Part shown: positions 39,182 to 49,013 of the stretch, piece by piece
Numbering within the stretch: position 1 is the first letter of the stretch
Layout of the letters: the number at the start of each line of letters is the position of its first letter
DNA from: a virus
DNA length: 64,000 bases
Strand: one strand, 5' to 3'
Virus record (IMG/VR): IMGVR_UViG_3300028772_000011
Span: 1 to 64,000 of that record
Made by a program: the position numbers and the translations under genes
The notes under the pieces: generated by a model
What the model was told of the DNA's origin: nothing
What the model saw: the letters and a program-made list of their open reading frames with translations, nothing else
The model's database searches: none

Positions 39182-40027
39182 ATGGGTATTAGAAAAGGTA
39201 GTGCTTCAATAAATGCGGGAACGACGAAGCAAGCAAGAGGCAACACTGGTGCCGAAAAGAAAACCAGAGAAAAGAAACCGAAGATGTCGACTCAGGATAT
39301 AGAGAATAAATATGGAGTTAGAAGTAAATCTTTAAATTATAAAATAAATTTCAAACCACTAACCGATACACAAGACATATATTATCGAATGCTCAAAGAA
39401 AAACAAATTACTTTTTGTACTGGAGTTCCTGGAAGTGGAAAATCATTCGTTTGTTTGTCTGCCGCATTAAAGTTACTTGCTGAAGATAATGAATATAAAA
39501 GAATATTAATAGTTAGCCCAACAGTAGAAGCTGGCAACATGGAACTCGGCTATTTAAAGGGATCAAAGGATGAAAAAATCGCTCCTTATTTAGAGGCCGA
39601 TTTCCAAACTATTACAGATATTTTACAATTAAATGGGAATATGTCTGAAACAATTTTAAAAGACTTAATTGAAACAAAACATATTCAAGGTGATTGCGTT
39701 AATTTTATGCGCGGAAAAACAATTAAAAATACTATTTGCATCATTACAGAAGCAGAAAATTTCAACAAACAAGAACTGTGGTTATTACTATCGCGCGTAT
39801 CACCATCTTCAAAATATTTTATTAATGGAGATAATAGACAGCAAGACAGAAAAGATATTAAAGGCAGCCAGCAAAATGGGCTAAAATTTGCTATGGATAC
39901 ATTAAAAAATAAAATTGATAAAATCGGGTTCTGTCACTTCACAAAAAAAGATATCGTTCGAGATCCGATAATTGAGGAGATAATGAATTTATGGTTTGAA
40001 GGTGAAAATTTAAATGATGAGTATTAA
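39182..40027 (+). CDS. phoH: PhoH-family ATPase
   Basis: GVPGSGKS, LGYLKGS..EKIAPY, FMRGKT, EAEN, GDNRQQD, DIVRDPI. Confidence 0.92.
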   Translation: MGIRKGSASINAGTTKQARGNTGAEKKTREKKPKMSTQDIENKYGVRSKSLNYKINFKPLTDTQDIYYRMLKEKQITFCTGVPGSGKSFVCLSAALKLLAEDNEYKRILIVSPTVEAGNMELGYLKGSKDEKIAPYLEADFQTITDILQLNGNMSETILKDLIETKHIQGDCVNFMRGKTIKNTICIITEAENFNKQELWLLLSRVSPSSKYFINGDNRQQDRKDIKGSQQNGLKFAMDTLKNKIDKIGFCHFTKKDIVRDPIIEEIMNLWFEGENLNDEY

Positions 40028-40033
40028 TATAAT

Positions 40034-40066
40034 AATAAATGGGGAACTAATTATTCCCCATTTATT
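40034..40066. terminator. Bidirectional terminator
   Basis: AATAAATGGGGAA-N7-TTCCCCATTTATT between convergent phoH and GT11. Confidence 0.8.
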
Positions 40067-40849
40067 TTACAATCGAATCATATTATTTGTATAAATATCC
40101 TCATAAGAGTCTACATATCCATCACAAAACCATTTTTTTGGTGCTACTACTATTTTATCTTTATTTTTATTTAGATAGCTACCCCACCACGAAAATGTTG
40201 AGTTAGAAATAATATTATGATTGCACATTGACATTAAATATAGTTGTTCATAATCCGCAAGATTAAAAGAATTATCAATAAAAATTATATCATTACTTTG
40301 GGGTATGTTTTCTTTACACCACACTATATCATCCGAAAAAACCAAAACAGTTTTACCGACAAATAGCTTTAAAGAGTTTACAATATAATCCAACCCAATA
40401 AATCTATGCGTGTCTTTGTTTTTTAAATAGTCCCCCCGCCGAACGTGTAATGAAACAACTTCCTTATTATTTCTTATTTTTTTCAAAACGCAATTAAGTT
40501 TATTAACCATCTTAATAGTCGGTGAAAATAGTCCAATAATATAGTCTTTATTATTAAAGAAATATTTTTCACTTTGGAAAAAACCAATTAATTTAATATC
40601 TTTTTGATAAGTTATCTCACTAAAACTAAAATTTGGCTCTATATATTTCCAAATACAATTTATTTTACGATCAAGAACACTTGATAAAATATTGTCTTTA
40701 TAAATATTTGATAAATAACCTTGCCCGCATTGCTGATGATCAGAAATATCAAAACAAGTCAAATCATTATTATCCAAAGCCAGAGATACAGCCGCTGCGA
40801 TTTGAAACATTAGATTACCAATACCGCATTTTAATTCCGAGGTTACCAT
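40067..40849 (-). CDS. Alpha-1,2-fucosyltransferase-like (GT11)
   Basis: GIGNLMFQ, GFFQSEKYF, SLHVRRGDY, VFSDD..WCKEN, LMSMCNHNIISNSTFSWWGSYL. Confidence 0.9.
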   Translation of the reverse strand: MVTSELKCGIGNLMFQIAAAVSLALDNNDLTCFDISDHQQCGQGYLSNIYKDNILSSVLDRKINCIWKYIEPNFSFSEITYQKDIKLIGFFQSEKYFFNNKDYIIGLFSPTIKMVNKLNCVLKKIRNNKEVVSLHVRRGDYLKNKDTHRFIGLDYIVNSLKLFVGKTVLVFSDDIVWCKENIPQSNDIIFIDNSFNLADYEQLYLMSMCNHNIISNSTFSWWGSYLNKNKDKIVVAPKKWFCDGYVDSYEDIYTNNMIRL

Positions 40850-40850
40850 A

Positions 40851-41612
40851 TTATTTAATTTCGTTATTTATTTTAATACAAGTTTTAATTGTTTCATTAA
40901 ATAATGTTATTGTTTTTTGATCCTCAAAACTATATTGAATCCCATGGCCCAATTTTTTATTTATAGAAGATAATCTTTCCCTATACATTTTATATCTTTC
41001 CAAGACATATTCGATTGATAGATGTTTGTAATGGAATAAGAATATCTTTTCACCATCGTAATATTTAACATACCCAACTGGATTACACGAATGAGCACCA
41101 GGAGTATAATTAATTTCACTTATTTTATTTGGATTAAAAATAATTCTTTTACCGAACGACCCATACTTAACCCCAGTAGTAATTATTTCATGTAATAACT
41201 TATTTTCTTCATATACTGGGAATTTTTCTGAATACATATCAAAAATAGTCGGAAAACATATTGTCTGTTCATTAGCCAACATATATTGAAGTTCTTCTGT
41301 GATTGAAACTGAAAATAAAGCTTCATCAAAATCGCATACAACAACAAAATCGCATTTACCAATGCTACGTTTCCAAGCATTATTTTTTAATTCTAAATAT
41401 ATTGAGTCGTTCAATTCGTTATTTGATTCATAAGATATAATTTCAACGTTAAATCTATTTTCCTGAGATAACATCTGTACACTGTTATCCGTGGAATTAT
41501 TATCAAGTACATAAACATTTGTTGCAAATTTAGCCCAATAATCAAGCATAAAAGGTACTAACATTTCCTCATTATAACACAACACATAAACGTCAACTTT
41601 AACTTTATCCAT
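40851..41612 (-). CDS. GT-A glycosyltransferase (GT2-like)
   Basis: CYNEE..YVLDNNSTDNS..VVCDFDE..FNP..GAH..LFHYK. Confidence 0.8.
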   Translation of the reverse strand: MDKVKVDVYVLCYNEEMLVPFMLDYWAKFATNVYVLDNNSTDNSVQMLSQENRFNVEIISYESNNELNDSIYLELKNNAWKRSIGKCDFVVVCDFDEALFSVSITEELQYMLANEQTICFPTIFDMYSEKFPVYEENKLLHEIITTGVKYGSFGKRIIFNPNKISEINYTPGAHSCNPVGYVKYYDGEKIFLFHYKHLSIEYVLERYKMYRERLSSINKKLGHGIQYSFEDQKTITLFNETIKTCIKINNEIK

Positions 41613-41722
41613 CCAATATTAATTTAATTCCAATTTATACATAAATAATCCTTTCTAAACCCAAATTTATGAAATATTTTATATCTATCTACTTACTATT
41701 AAATATTCTAATTATGTTTCAA

Positions 41723-41755
41723 CAAATATACTAATAAAATATTAAAAAAACAAGT
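41723..41755 (-). promoter_or_regulatory. Bacteroidota sigma-A-type promoter for the GT2/GT11 pair
   Basis: ACTTG, 20 nt spacer, TATATTTG on the minus strand. Confidence 0.7.
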
Positions 41756-41777
41756 TCAAATAAATTATTTAATAAAA

Positions 41778-41811
41778 ATAAGGTGTAACCTTTTTAAAGA
41801 TTACACCTTAT
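41778..41811 (-). terminator. Terminator after the major capsid gene
   Basis: ATAAGGTGTAA-N12-TTACACCTTAT stem with a T-rich run on the minus strand. Confidence 0.7.
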
Positions 41812-41832
41812 AAAATTATATTAAATCAACAA

Positions 41833-43638
41833 TTAACGGAATTCGTTAGTTGACCATTTTTGTAAACCATCAACATGAACCTGACCATAGAACTTGTTAT
41901 TAACCACTTTCTTAGCGTAACGAGTCATAATGTATTTAATCGGTGCTCCACCGTTAAATGGGTTGTACATCAGTGGAGAAAGTGTTAATGGAATATATGG
42001 TGCATAAATGTAACCAGTATCCATCAAACTCTTACCGTGGTGACCAATTATAATAGAATCAGAAGGAGAATATGGGTCAACATATACTTGGTAACGGTTT
42101 TGTAACGAACCGATACGTTCAATTCCTAAATTGTATTGATCAGATTCTGCAGAAGCATCAGATACGTGGAAATACTCCAAGTTATTGAATACGGCAGAAA
42201 TTTCAGTACTTACAACTACGAAGTTAGCTGCACCTTGAAGAGTTGATTTTTGGATTTGACCAGAAATCTGGTTAATCTTAGTAAACAATTCTTGGTTCCA
42301 GTCTTTTTGTGTATAGTTAGTTGAAAAACCAGTGATTTTTCTCCATCCGTTTACATCAAATTTCAATTGCCAAGGAGCAACAACACGAAGTTCACGAAGA
42401 ATTTCACGGTCAATTTCAGCAGCAACTTGTTGAGAAAGTACAGCTGTCAATTCAGCTTCAGCATCAATGTTCTGGAAAACAGCAACATCCTGAGCCATTT
42501 CTGGTGACCAAGTAGCGCGCAATTTACGTTCTTCAACAGAAATAGTCAAAGAATCTAAAGTTACACCAACTTCACCAATCTCAGTATCCAATTCAAGGGT
42601 GTCATAAGTAGCCCAACCAATTTTAAATGTGCTTGCATCAACAGTATTTCCAGAAGCAACTCCTGCATAACCATCAACTAAATTACTTGCACTTGGTTTA
42701 GTTAAATCAACTTCCAAATAAATAGCACCAGTAGCATCACAAACGTTGTTACGTTCAACAATACCCTTACCATATTTCTGAGTCATTACGCGATAAAGAA
42801 CAGGTTCACCAGCAGCAAACGAAGTTGCACCAGTCAAAGTTTTTCCGTCCCCCATTACAACTTTTAAAGAAGCCAAGAAGCTTTCAGTATCCATTTCATT
42901 ACCATCAGCACCAGTTAATTTACCAGCTCCGTAGCTATTAAATCCAGTTACTTTTAAAACAACGTGACGAAGAGTACCATCAGTTGCAAGAACGTTTGTA
43001 ACGTTAGTTGCACCAGTTACATAATTTCCATCAACATAAGAAACAGGAGCAGCAGTACCCATTTGTAAATGTACTTTACCCTTAGAGTTATCATACAAGA
43101 AATCATCATAGAACAAGTCATATAAAGATTTTGCATAATTAGTAGTAATACCAGAAGCATCAATCTGAACTCCAGGAACATAACCACGAACTAAATCAGC
43201 ACCAGAAGCATTACGGTCACGTAAATTTGCACCCATCATACCTTTATGAGATCCAGTCAAACCACTAAGAATTCCTTGTCCATCACCTTCCCAAGTTCTT
43301 TCGGAAGTAACAGGACGTAAGAAGAATACTTTACCAATTGACATATTCATTGCCTGTACAGATACGATATCATTAGCCAGCAATTTACTGAACACACGAC
43401 GTATCATAGGGAATACAACTGTTTCAAATGAACCACTATTACTAGAGTCAGTTGTTTCTTTCATTATTTGTCTAGCCGTGTTTTCAAACAGCGTCGAAAT
43501 GGTTTCTTTCTTATGTCCCTCAAGACCTTCTGTAAAACCAAGCGCATCCCAACGTTTCGATACTTCTTCACGTAAACGACGTTCTTTATCCAATTCGATA
43601 TTACCAACTTTACCGCTGGCCAAAAATTCTCTAATCAT
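41833..43638 (-). CDS. Major capsid protein (T4 gp23-like)
   Basis: VFPMIRRVFSKLLANDIVSVQAM, RKLRATWSPEMAQD, DAEAEL..EIDREI, GYIYAPYIPL, MTRYAK. Confidence 0.95.
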   Translation of the reverse strand: MIREFLASGKVGNIELDKERRLREEVSKRWDALGFTEGLEGHKKETISTLFENTARQIMKETTDSSNSGSFETVVFPMIRRVFSKLLANDIVSVQAMNMSIGKVFFLRPVTSERTWEGDGQGILSGLTGSHKGMMGANLRDRNASGADLVRGYVPGVQIDASGITTNYAKSLYDLFYDDFLYDNSKGKVHLQMGTAAPVSYVDGNYVTGATNVTNVLATDGTLRHVVLKVTGFNSYGAGKLTGADGNEMDTESFLASLKVVMGDGKTLTGATSFAAGEPVLYRVMTQKYGKGIVERNNVCDATGAIYLEVDLTKPSASNLVDGYAGVASGNTVDASTFKIGWATYDTLELDTEIGEVGVTLDSLTISVEERKLRATWSPEMAQDVAVFQNIDAEAELTAVLSQQVAAEIDREILRELRVVAPWQLKFDVNGWRKITGFSTNYTQKDWNQELFTKINQISGQIQKSTLQGAANFVVVSTEISAVFNNLEYFHVSDASAESDQYNLGIERIGSLQNRYQVYVDPYSPSDSIIIGHHGKSLMDTGYIYAPYIPLTLSPLMYNPFNGGAPIKYIMTRYAKKVVNNKFYGQVHVDGLQKWSTNEFR

Positions 43639-43684
43639 TTTGTTATTTTTTTATTTTTTATTTTTTTTATTTTCCGATAGGTTA

Positions 43685-44986
43685 TTAATATTTATCCATT
43701 TTTCGCATTAACTCTTGCATCTTAACCATATCAGCATTTTGATATATAACTTTTTCATTGATAACCTTACTACCTTCTGCGCTAAATTGCTTATCAATTG
43801 AACTATTACTAATAACTTTTCCATTTAATTCTCTTTGAATAGTTTCGAAAAGTAAGTTACCAGCTTCAATAGATTTAGCCTCACTTGCAAAACGATTTAA
43901 AATAACTGCTTTTTCATCTTTAGTTGTAGAATTTTCGAGAATTAACTTTACGAATTTTCCAAGACTATTATTTAGTACTGCATTTTCTTTTAATTGTCCA
44001 ACAAATTGACCAAGCGCACTTTTCAATTGAACCATTTCGTTTTCAGTTGATTTCTTAAACGACTCATGTTGTTCAGTCAAGCTATTAATTTTTTTAGTGT
44101 ATGCGATTTTAAGAGCTTTTACTTCTTTACTTTCACCAACTAATTGACCACCGTTTCTTTTATTAGCACCAGGAGCATTTGCAGCCCTTGTTTGCGATAA
44201 AACACCAGCACGTCTATTAACACTATATGATTGAGTTATATTTTTTTCATCAACTAATCCTTCGCCAGCGGCATCTGGACCAACCTCAGGTTCGTTTTCT
44301 TCCGATAATTCGGTTTCATTCCCCTCATAACTATGATGCATCCCTTCGGATACAACGGGTTCATCATCTAAGTCAATTTCAATTTCTGGGTCTAAATCAG
44401 CATCAATACTAGGATCTACATCCGCACCAGCCGATGGGGTAGTATCAATCATATATTCTGCGCCAGTCTCATTGTCATTGAGTTCGATCTTTCCATCACC
44501 CAAATCTGTAATGCTTACTGAATCATTTCCATCAATGCGTTTAAACACTTTGATTAATTGACTAGTATCTGCACCTGTAAGGTCATACTCACCATCATCC
44601 GATTTAAATTGATCAATGTCAAAATCTTCTTCTTCGCCTGATTCCAAATCTGAATCCACATCAGCGCCATCTACATCTACGTCAACATCTACGTCAGCGT
44701 TATCAGTTTCTGGTTCTTCTACTTCTACATTATCCAATCCGCTTTCGGTTGAATCGGTATCTTCCACACCTTCAATATCTATATTATCACCATTCACGTC
44801 ATCCGTTTCAGCATCCTTATCTGGATCTTCTTCTTCAAATGCTTCGGTCATATAATTTTTAAGTCCTTTTTTAACAGCGTTTTCAAAAATAGTATTCACT
44901 GTATCTTCACTTGTTTCTTTTAAAAAGGTTTTCATTTTTTGTAGATCCAGAAGTGCTTCTTTCACGCTATCATTTTTTTCACTCAT
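43685..44986 (-). CDS. Prohead core/scaffold protein (gp22-like)
   Basis: Highly acidic with a coiled-coil C-terminus; directly upstream of MCP. Confidence 0.7.
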   Translation of the reverse strand: MSEKNDSVKEALLDLQKMKTFLKETSEDTVNTIFENAVKKGLKNYMTEAFEEEDPDKDAETDDVNGDNIDIEGVEDTDSTESGLDNVEVEEPETDNADVDVDVDVDGADVDSDLESGEEEDFDIDQFKSDDGEYDLTGADTSQLIKVFKRIDGNDSVSITDLGDGKIELNDNETGAEYMIDTTPSAGADVDPSIDADLDPEIEIDLDDEPVVSEGMHHSYEGNETELSEENEPEVGPDAAGEGLVDEKNITQSYSVNRRAGVLSQTRAANAPGANKRNGGQLVGESKEVKALKIAYTKKINSLTEQHESFKKSTENEMVQLKSALGQFVGQLKENAVLNNSLGKFVKLILENSTTKDEKAVILNRFASEAKSIEAGNLLFETIQRELNGKVISNSSIDKQFSAEGSKVINEKVIYQNADMVKMQELMRKMDKY

Positions 44987-45006
44987 TGTAATTGATAATT
45001 AATTTA

Positions 45007-45135
45007 ATTATTTTAATATAAATATATATTATTTTGAAAAAAAACATTTATTTTTAAATTTATTTTTAATTATATTAAGTTATTTATATAATTTCAACTA
45101 TTTTAATAGTATTTTTGATTATTTTAATATAAATA
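45007..45135 (-). promoter_or_regulatory. Tandem late promoters for the scaffold-MCP operon
   Basis: The 18-mer TATTTATATTAAAATAAT occurs exactly twice (45024-45007 and 45135-45118). Confidence 0.65.
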
Positions 45136-45176
45136 CTTTTTATTTGTTAAAAATCAAACACTTTATTAAATTATTT

Positions 45177-45815
45177 TTATTTATTTATTAAATTATAGTA
45201 ATATTGTGTTTTTTTAATTCTATCTTCTAATCCATTTGGTATTACACTTGAATTAACATTACCTACATTTATAGCTTTTGATAATAACGTAATCGATTTT
45301 TCATCTACCCCTTTAGCATATTTCCAAAGGTTATTTGTATCAAAGAAAAATTTTGCTGATTCAAATGGATATTTTGTTGCTATTAAACTTGGATTGTTTT
45401 TTACTTCTGGGTCTTTAATGTATGTCGCAAATGCAACATGATTAATTTTTCCAGTTAATTGAATTGGGCCAACACCTTTGTGTAGCCAACCATCACCACT
45501 TGCTTCGTTACCATTACCCATTCTATTACAATAGACGTGGTTTGCTATCTTTTCTGGCTGCCTTTGAAATTCATTAGCAGATTGAGTTGTAAAATACTTA
45601 TGGAAGGTTGATAATAATGCGGCTGCTGAATAATTCAAGTTTTCATACAGTGATATAAATGAATTACTCTCGTGATCACATTGACCCATAAAATTAGCCA
45701 GCTCTTCATTCGACGATATTTTATTAATCTCTTTTATTTTTAATAGTGTTATTTTACCTATTATTCCATCAGCATCTAATCCATATTTTTTTTGAAAATC
45801 TAATATCATTCCCAT
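45177..45815 (-). CDS. Endolysin, GH19 family with N-terminal peptidoglycan-binding motif
   Basis: FQKKYGLDADGIIG; FMGQCDHES..ENLNYS..NRMGNG..GDGW..GPIQLTGK. Confidence 0.85.
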   Translation of the reverse strand: MGMILDFQKKYGLDADGIIGKITLLKIKEINKISSNEELANFMGQCDHESNSFISLYENLNYSAAALLSTFHKYFTTQSANEFQRQPEKIANHVYCNRMGNGNEASGDGWLHKGVGPIQLTGKINHVAFATYIKDPEVKNNPSLIATKYPFESAKFFFDTNNLWKYAKGVDEKSITLLSKAINVGNVNSSVIPNGLEDRIKKTQYYYNLINK

Positions 45816-45832
45816 AACTTTCTATGTGTTTT

Positions 45833-46837
45833 TTAAAATAAATTTATTGTATAATCTATATTATCTAAATCCTTTAATACCGAAGCTGCTTTTTCAACTT
45901 CGTTAACAAACAGATCAACATTCTTTGATAGCTCAGAAATACTATTTTCAACCTGAATAAAATGTTCATCATTCTGGTCGTATGCATATTCTGGTAGCCC
46001 CCAAATTGAATTAAGTGTTTTTCTTTTAATTAAATCAAAGCCTCTATTAGCCTCATCCGTTTCAACCATTATATTATAGAAATTAGGATAAGACAATGTT
46101 TGGGTGTTAAAAAAAGCATTATATTTATTCTGTAATTCCAAGAACTTTTTACTATACTGTTGTAAAAACAAAGTATTAATTTGAGGGACATCTTCATTGA
46201 TAACCCTTCTAACGACATTTTCAATCAATGATTTTATATTTATATTTTCCATAATGAGGTCATTTTCTATTGCTAATTCTTTAATTTCTGTTTTATCGCT
46301 AGAATCGATTGAATCAGATGATAATAATGCTGACACAACTTCTTTCGTTACCAAACCACTCCTAAGTATTTCTTTAAATTTTTCAATATTATTTTCCACT
46401 AATATTATATTGTCAGAATCTGACTTAGCTAATGTTGCATTTTTAAATTTCGGATAAAAATATGGTATGTTATTGGTTTTTTTAAAATCATATATTTGAC
46501 CGCATTTTATTTGAATAATATTTTCAATTGGAATTGATCTTGCAGCCCCTTGTATTCCATTAACATCGTATTGAGAATTATCTCTAATGAATAGTAAATC
46601 AAGATCACTCATTTTAACATCACGACTATTATTACTCTGACTTCTTTTGAGCATTGTATCAACATTCATTGTAGCATGAGTAATATTCCGCAATTCTCCT
46701 GTTGTTCTCTTCACAAACAATACAGAAAAATGTTGTTTTCCGTTAGCAATTTTATTCCATAATTCAACTGGGAATATATGCCTGGAAAATGCTTCCGTTA
46801 AAGGTAATATGTCATTATTTTTTGCTGCGAGGATCAT
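45833..46837 (-). CDS. Hypothetical protein with SH3/WYL-like N-terminal domain
   Basis: FSVLFVKRTTGELR...RSIPIENI pattern; internal IKSLIENVVRRVINE motif. Confidence 0.45.
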   Translation of the reverse strand: MILAAKNNDILPLTEAFSRHIFPVELWNKIANGKQHFSVLFVKRTTGELRNITHATMNVDTMLKRSQSNNSRDVKMSDLDLLFIRDNSQYDVNGIQGAARSIPIENIIQIKCGQIYDFKKTNNIPYFYPKFKNATLAKSDSDNIILVENNIEKFKEILRSGLVTKEVVSALLSSDSIDSSDKTEIKELAIENDLIMENINIKSLIENVVRRVINEDVPQINTLFLQQYSKKFLELQNKYNAFFNTQTLSYPNFYNIMVETDEANRGFDLIKRKTLNSIWGLPEYAYDQNDEHFIQVENSISELSKNVDLFVNEVEKAASVLKDLDNIDYTINLF

Positions 46838-47640
46838 TTAAGAATTTGTTTTAATAATAACTCTGGTATATTTTCATTAGTTGTACATATAGTATTCTTT
46901 TCATTATATATATTTTCAAACATTGGGGTTATCATCATATATTTTGTAAACTCAATTTTGTTTGTTACATATATTAAATCAACCTTATTATCTTTACATA
47001 GTTTATTCTTTTTAATATCTCTACCAACATTTTTTATAAATCCAGTTTTTCCACCAAAATGTTCCATATGTGATTCAAAATGTTGTTCTCCTTGGCACTC
47101 TATAGCTATTTTATAATCGGGTAAATAAAAATCTAAGGATTGTCGTCCAAGCCATCTAAATTTTTTCTGTTCAATATATTCAATTTTATTATCCGTTAAA
47201 ATTTTACCTATAAATACCTCTATTTTACTTTTTATTTTGCTACATTCTGGGCATCCGTGCTTCTCATTTGTATGCTTATTAGGCATTTGCCAGAATTCTC
47301 CGTGTATTGGACATATTATACATACAGGTAATTTGCTATGGGTATATTCAACTTTAGAATAATCATATTTATCTCCATGAACTAATATTGCATTTTCAAT
47401 AAATTTATCTCTGGTTAATCTAATTGTGTTACCTCTTCTTTCGTTATAACACATTTGACAATCATTTATTTCGTTTTTACAAACTAACCAATTTGGTTTT
47501 GACTCCCAAGTATAATTGTGTATTGTACATTTAGCTGTTATGTATTTTTTATTTCCATTATATTGAGAAAGTACTACCAAATGCGGCTTTATTATTTTAA
47601 GTTGTTCAACAAATTGTTCATGTGTAATTTTTGGCGGCAT
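46834..47640 (-). CDS. Free-standing endonuclease: 2 Zn-binding repeats plus PD-(D/E)xK (DUF559/Vsr-like) domain
   Basis: HGDKYDYSKVEY..CPIHGEFWQ..CPEC; LDFYLP..AIECQGEQH. Confidence 0.8.
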   Translation of the reverse strand: MPPKITHEQFVEQLKIIKPHLVVLSQYNGNKKYITAKCTIHNYTWESKPNWLVCKNEINDCQMCYNERRGNTIRLTRDKFIENAILVHGDKYDYSKVEYTHSKLPVCIICPIHGEFWQMPNKHTNEKHGCPECSKIKSKIEVFIGKILTDNKIEYIEQKKFRWLGRQSLDFYLPDYKIAIECQGEQHFESHMEHFGGKTGFIKNVGRDIKKNKLCKDNKVDLIYVTNKIEFTKYMMITPMFENIYNEKNTICTTNENIPELLLKQILK

Positions 47641-47675
47641 TAATTTAAATTTAAACTTTTATTTAGTAATATCAT

Positions 47676-48398
47676 TTATAAAATACTTTTAGTTCCAAGA
47701 AAATAATTTAAACCCTCCAATATTTTTCCTTTATTATTTTGTTTTGATTCTACGTATTGTTTTAAATCATCCTGATTATCAGCCAAATATGCACCTGGGG
47801 TCGATGGCGAACAAACAAAATCCCAACAGGTTATTTCAAAATCATCCTGTACAATATATTTACCAGTGAACTTATCTTGTTCCACTGAACCAAGGCCTCT
47901 TGAAGAAATACCAAGTTTCCACCCAAGTCTTAAATAATTAGCAATTTGATCACCTTTGCAGGAAATAATTCCATAGTTAATAAATCCTGGTGATAATATT
48001 AATTCAAGCTCACCAAATAATGTTTTATTTTCCCACCATAACTTATTGATACCGAATGCTAAACGGTCAAGATCTAAATTTATAGATTCTGGATGATTTG
48101 ATTCGCCATACGACATCCTTTCATCAATCATTTTTTGATAAAGTTCAACTTGCTTCATTAATACGGATTTCGGATATATCCTTCCGTTAGCATTTTCACA
48201 ATTATACTTCTGTAGAATTGCATATACTTTCAATCTATCAACGATTTTAACTCCAGGTTCTTTACTACCAATCTTATTCAATTCAGTCCTTGCGTCCGAA
48301 TTTCTTTCATCTCCTAAGTCGATGAAACCCCCATCTCTCTCGATTAAAATCCCGTATCCTTGATTGTTTTTCTTTATTTCGAATAGTTCTGAAGCCAT
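47676..48398 (-). CDS. Prohead core protease (T4 gp21-like)
   Basis: NANGRIYP, GESNHP, LGISSRGLGS, WDFVCSPSTPGA. Confidence 0.92.
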   Translation of the reverse strand: MASELFEIKKNNQGYGILIERDGGFIDLGDERNSDARTELNKIGSKEPGVKIVDRLKVYAILQKYNCENANGRIYPKSVLMKQVELYQKMIDERMSYGESNHPESINLDLDRLAFGINKLWWENKTLFGELELILSPGFINYGIISCKGDQIANYLRLGWKLGISSRGLGSVEQDKFTGKYIVQDDFEITCWDFVCSPSTPGAYLADNQDDLKQYVESKQNNKGKILEGLNYFLGTKSIL

Positions 48399-48414
48399 TT
48401 TAACTTATTTTTCA

Positions 48415-48422
48415 TATAAATA
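48415..48422 (-). promoter_or_regulatory. Putative late promoter TATTTATA
   Basis: 16 nt before the protease ATG. Confidence 0.6.
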
Positions 48423-48471
48423 GATTTAATTTGATAAATAACTGTATTTTTTAAAAATAATTTACTTAAGT

Positions 48472-48504
48472 ACTTGTTTTTTTAATATATTTTTAGTATA
48501 TTTG
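48472..48504 (+). promoter_or_regulatory. Bacteroidota sigma-A-type promoter
   Basis: ACTTG, 20 nt spacer, TATATTTG. Confidence 0.7.
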
Positions 48505-48519
48505 TATAAAATATTAGGG

Positions 48520-48978
48520 ATGGTTGAGATTAAAAACACTAAAACAAAAAGAAATTCTCGCGAAATCAAATTAGACTTAGAATCAGATAATTTCAAAGGA
48601 ATTTTTGGGTCTACAAATAAATATGAACCGAATGTTATTTACATAAAATTAACTACTTGGATGAACCACACGGAACCGATATATAATTATCCGTCGAATA
48701 TGGAACAACTAAATAAAAAAATAAAAATAAAATTTGGGGAATACGTTAAAGATACAAATTCATTTGTTAGTAAGGTATTTTATAATTTAGATACAAAAAC
48801 CGTATTAGTAAAAGAAGACGATTGTTTTCATGGGTCATTTGAATTTACAATAAAACAAGTTGAACCAACCGAAGTAGATATGGAAAAAATAAAACCAGTT
48901 ATTGAAAAACTTTGTAATAAAATTATTAACTCAATGGAAATATCGTCTAATTTCAGTTTTAGATTGACAAAAAAATAG
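48520..48978 (+). CDS. Hypothetical protein (start re-assigned to the ATG at 48520)
   Basis: The TTG at 48502 lies inside the -7 element; the next in-frame ATG gives MVEIKNTK. Confidence 0.6.
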   Translation: MVEIKNTKTKRNSREIKLDLESDNFKGIFGSTNKYEPNVIYIKLTTWMNHTEPIYNYPSNMEQLNKKIKIKFGEYVKDTNSFVSKVFYNLDTKTVLVKEDDCFHGSFEFTIKQVEPTEVDMEKIKPVIEKLCNKIINSMEISSNFSFRLTKK

Positions 48979-49003
48979 CAACCGTATTTATTTGATTGCT
49001 ATT
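48974..49003. terminator. Probable terminator between convergent genes
   Basis: AATAGCAA...TTGCTATT inverted repeat. Confidence 0.45.
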
Positions 49004-49013
49004 ATTTATTTAT

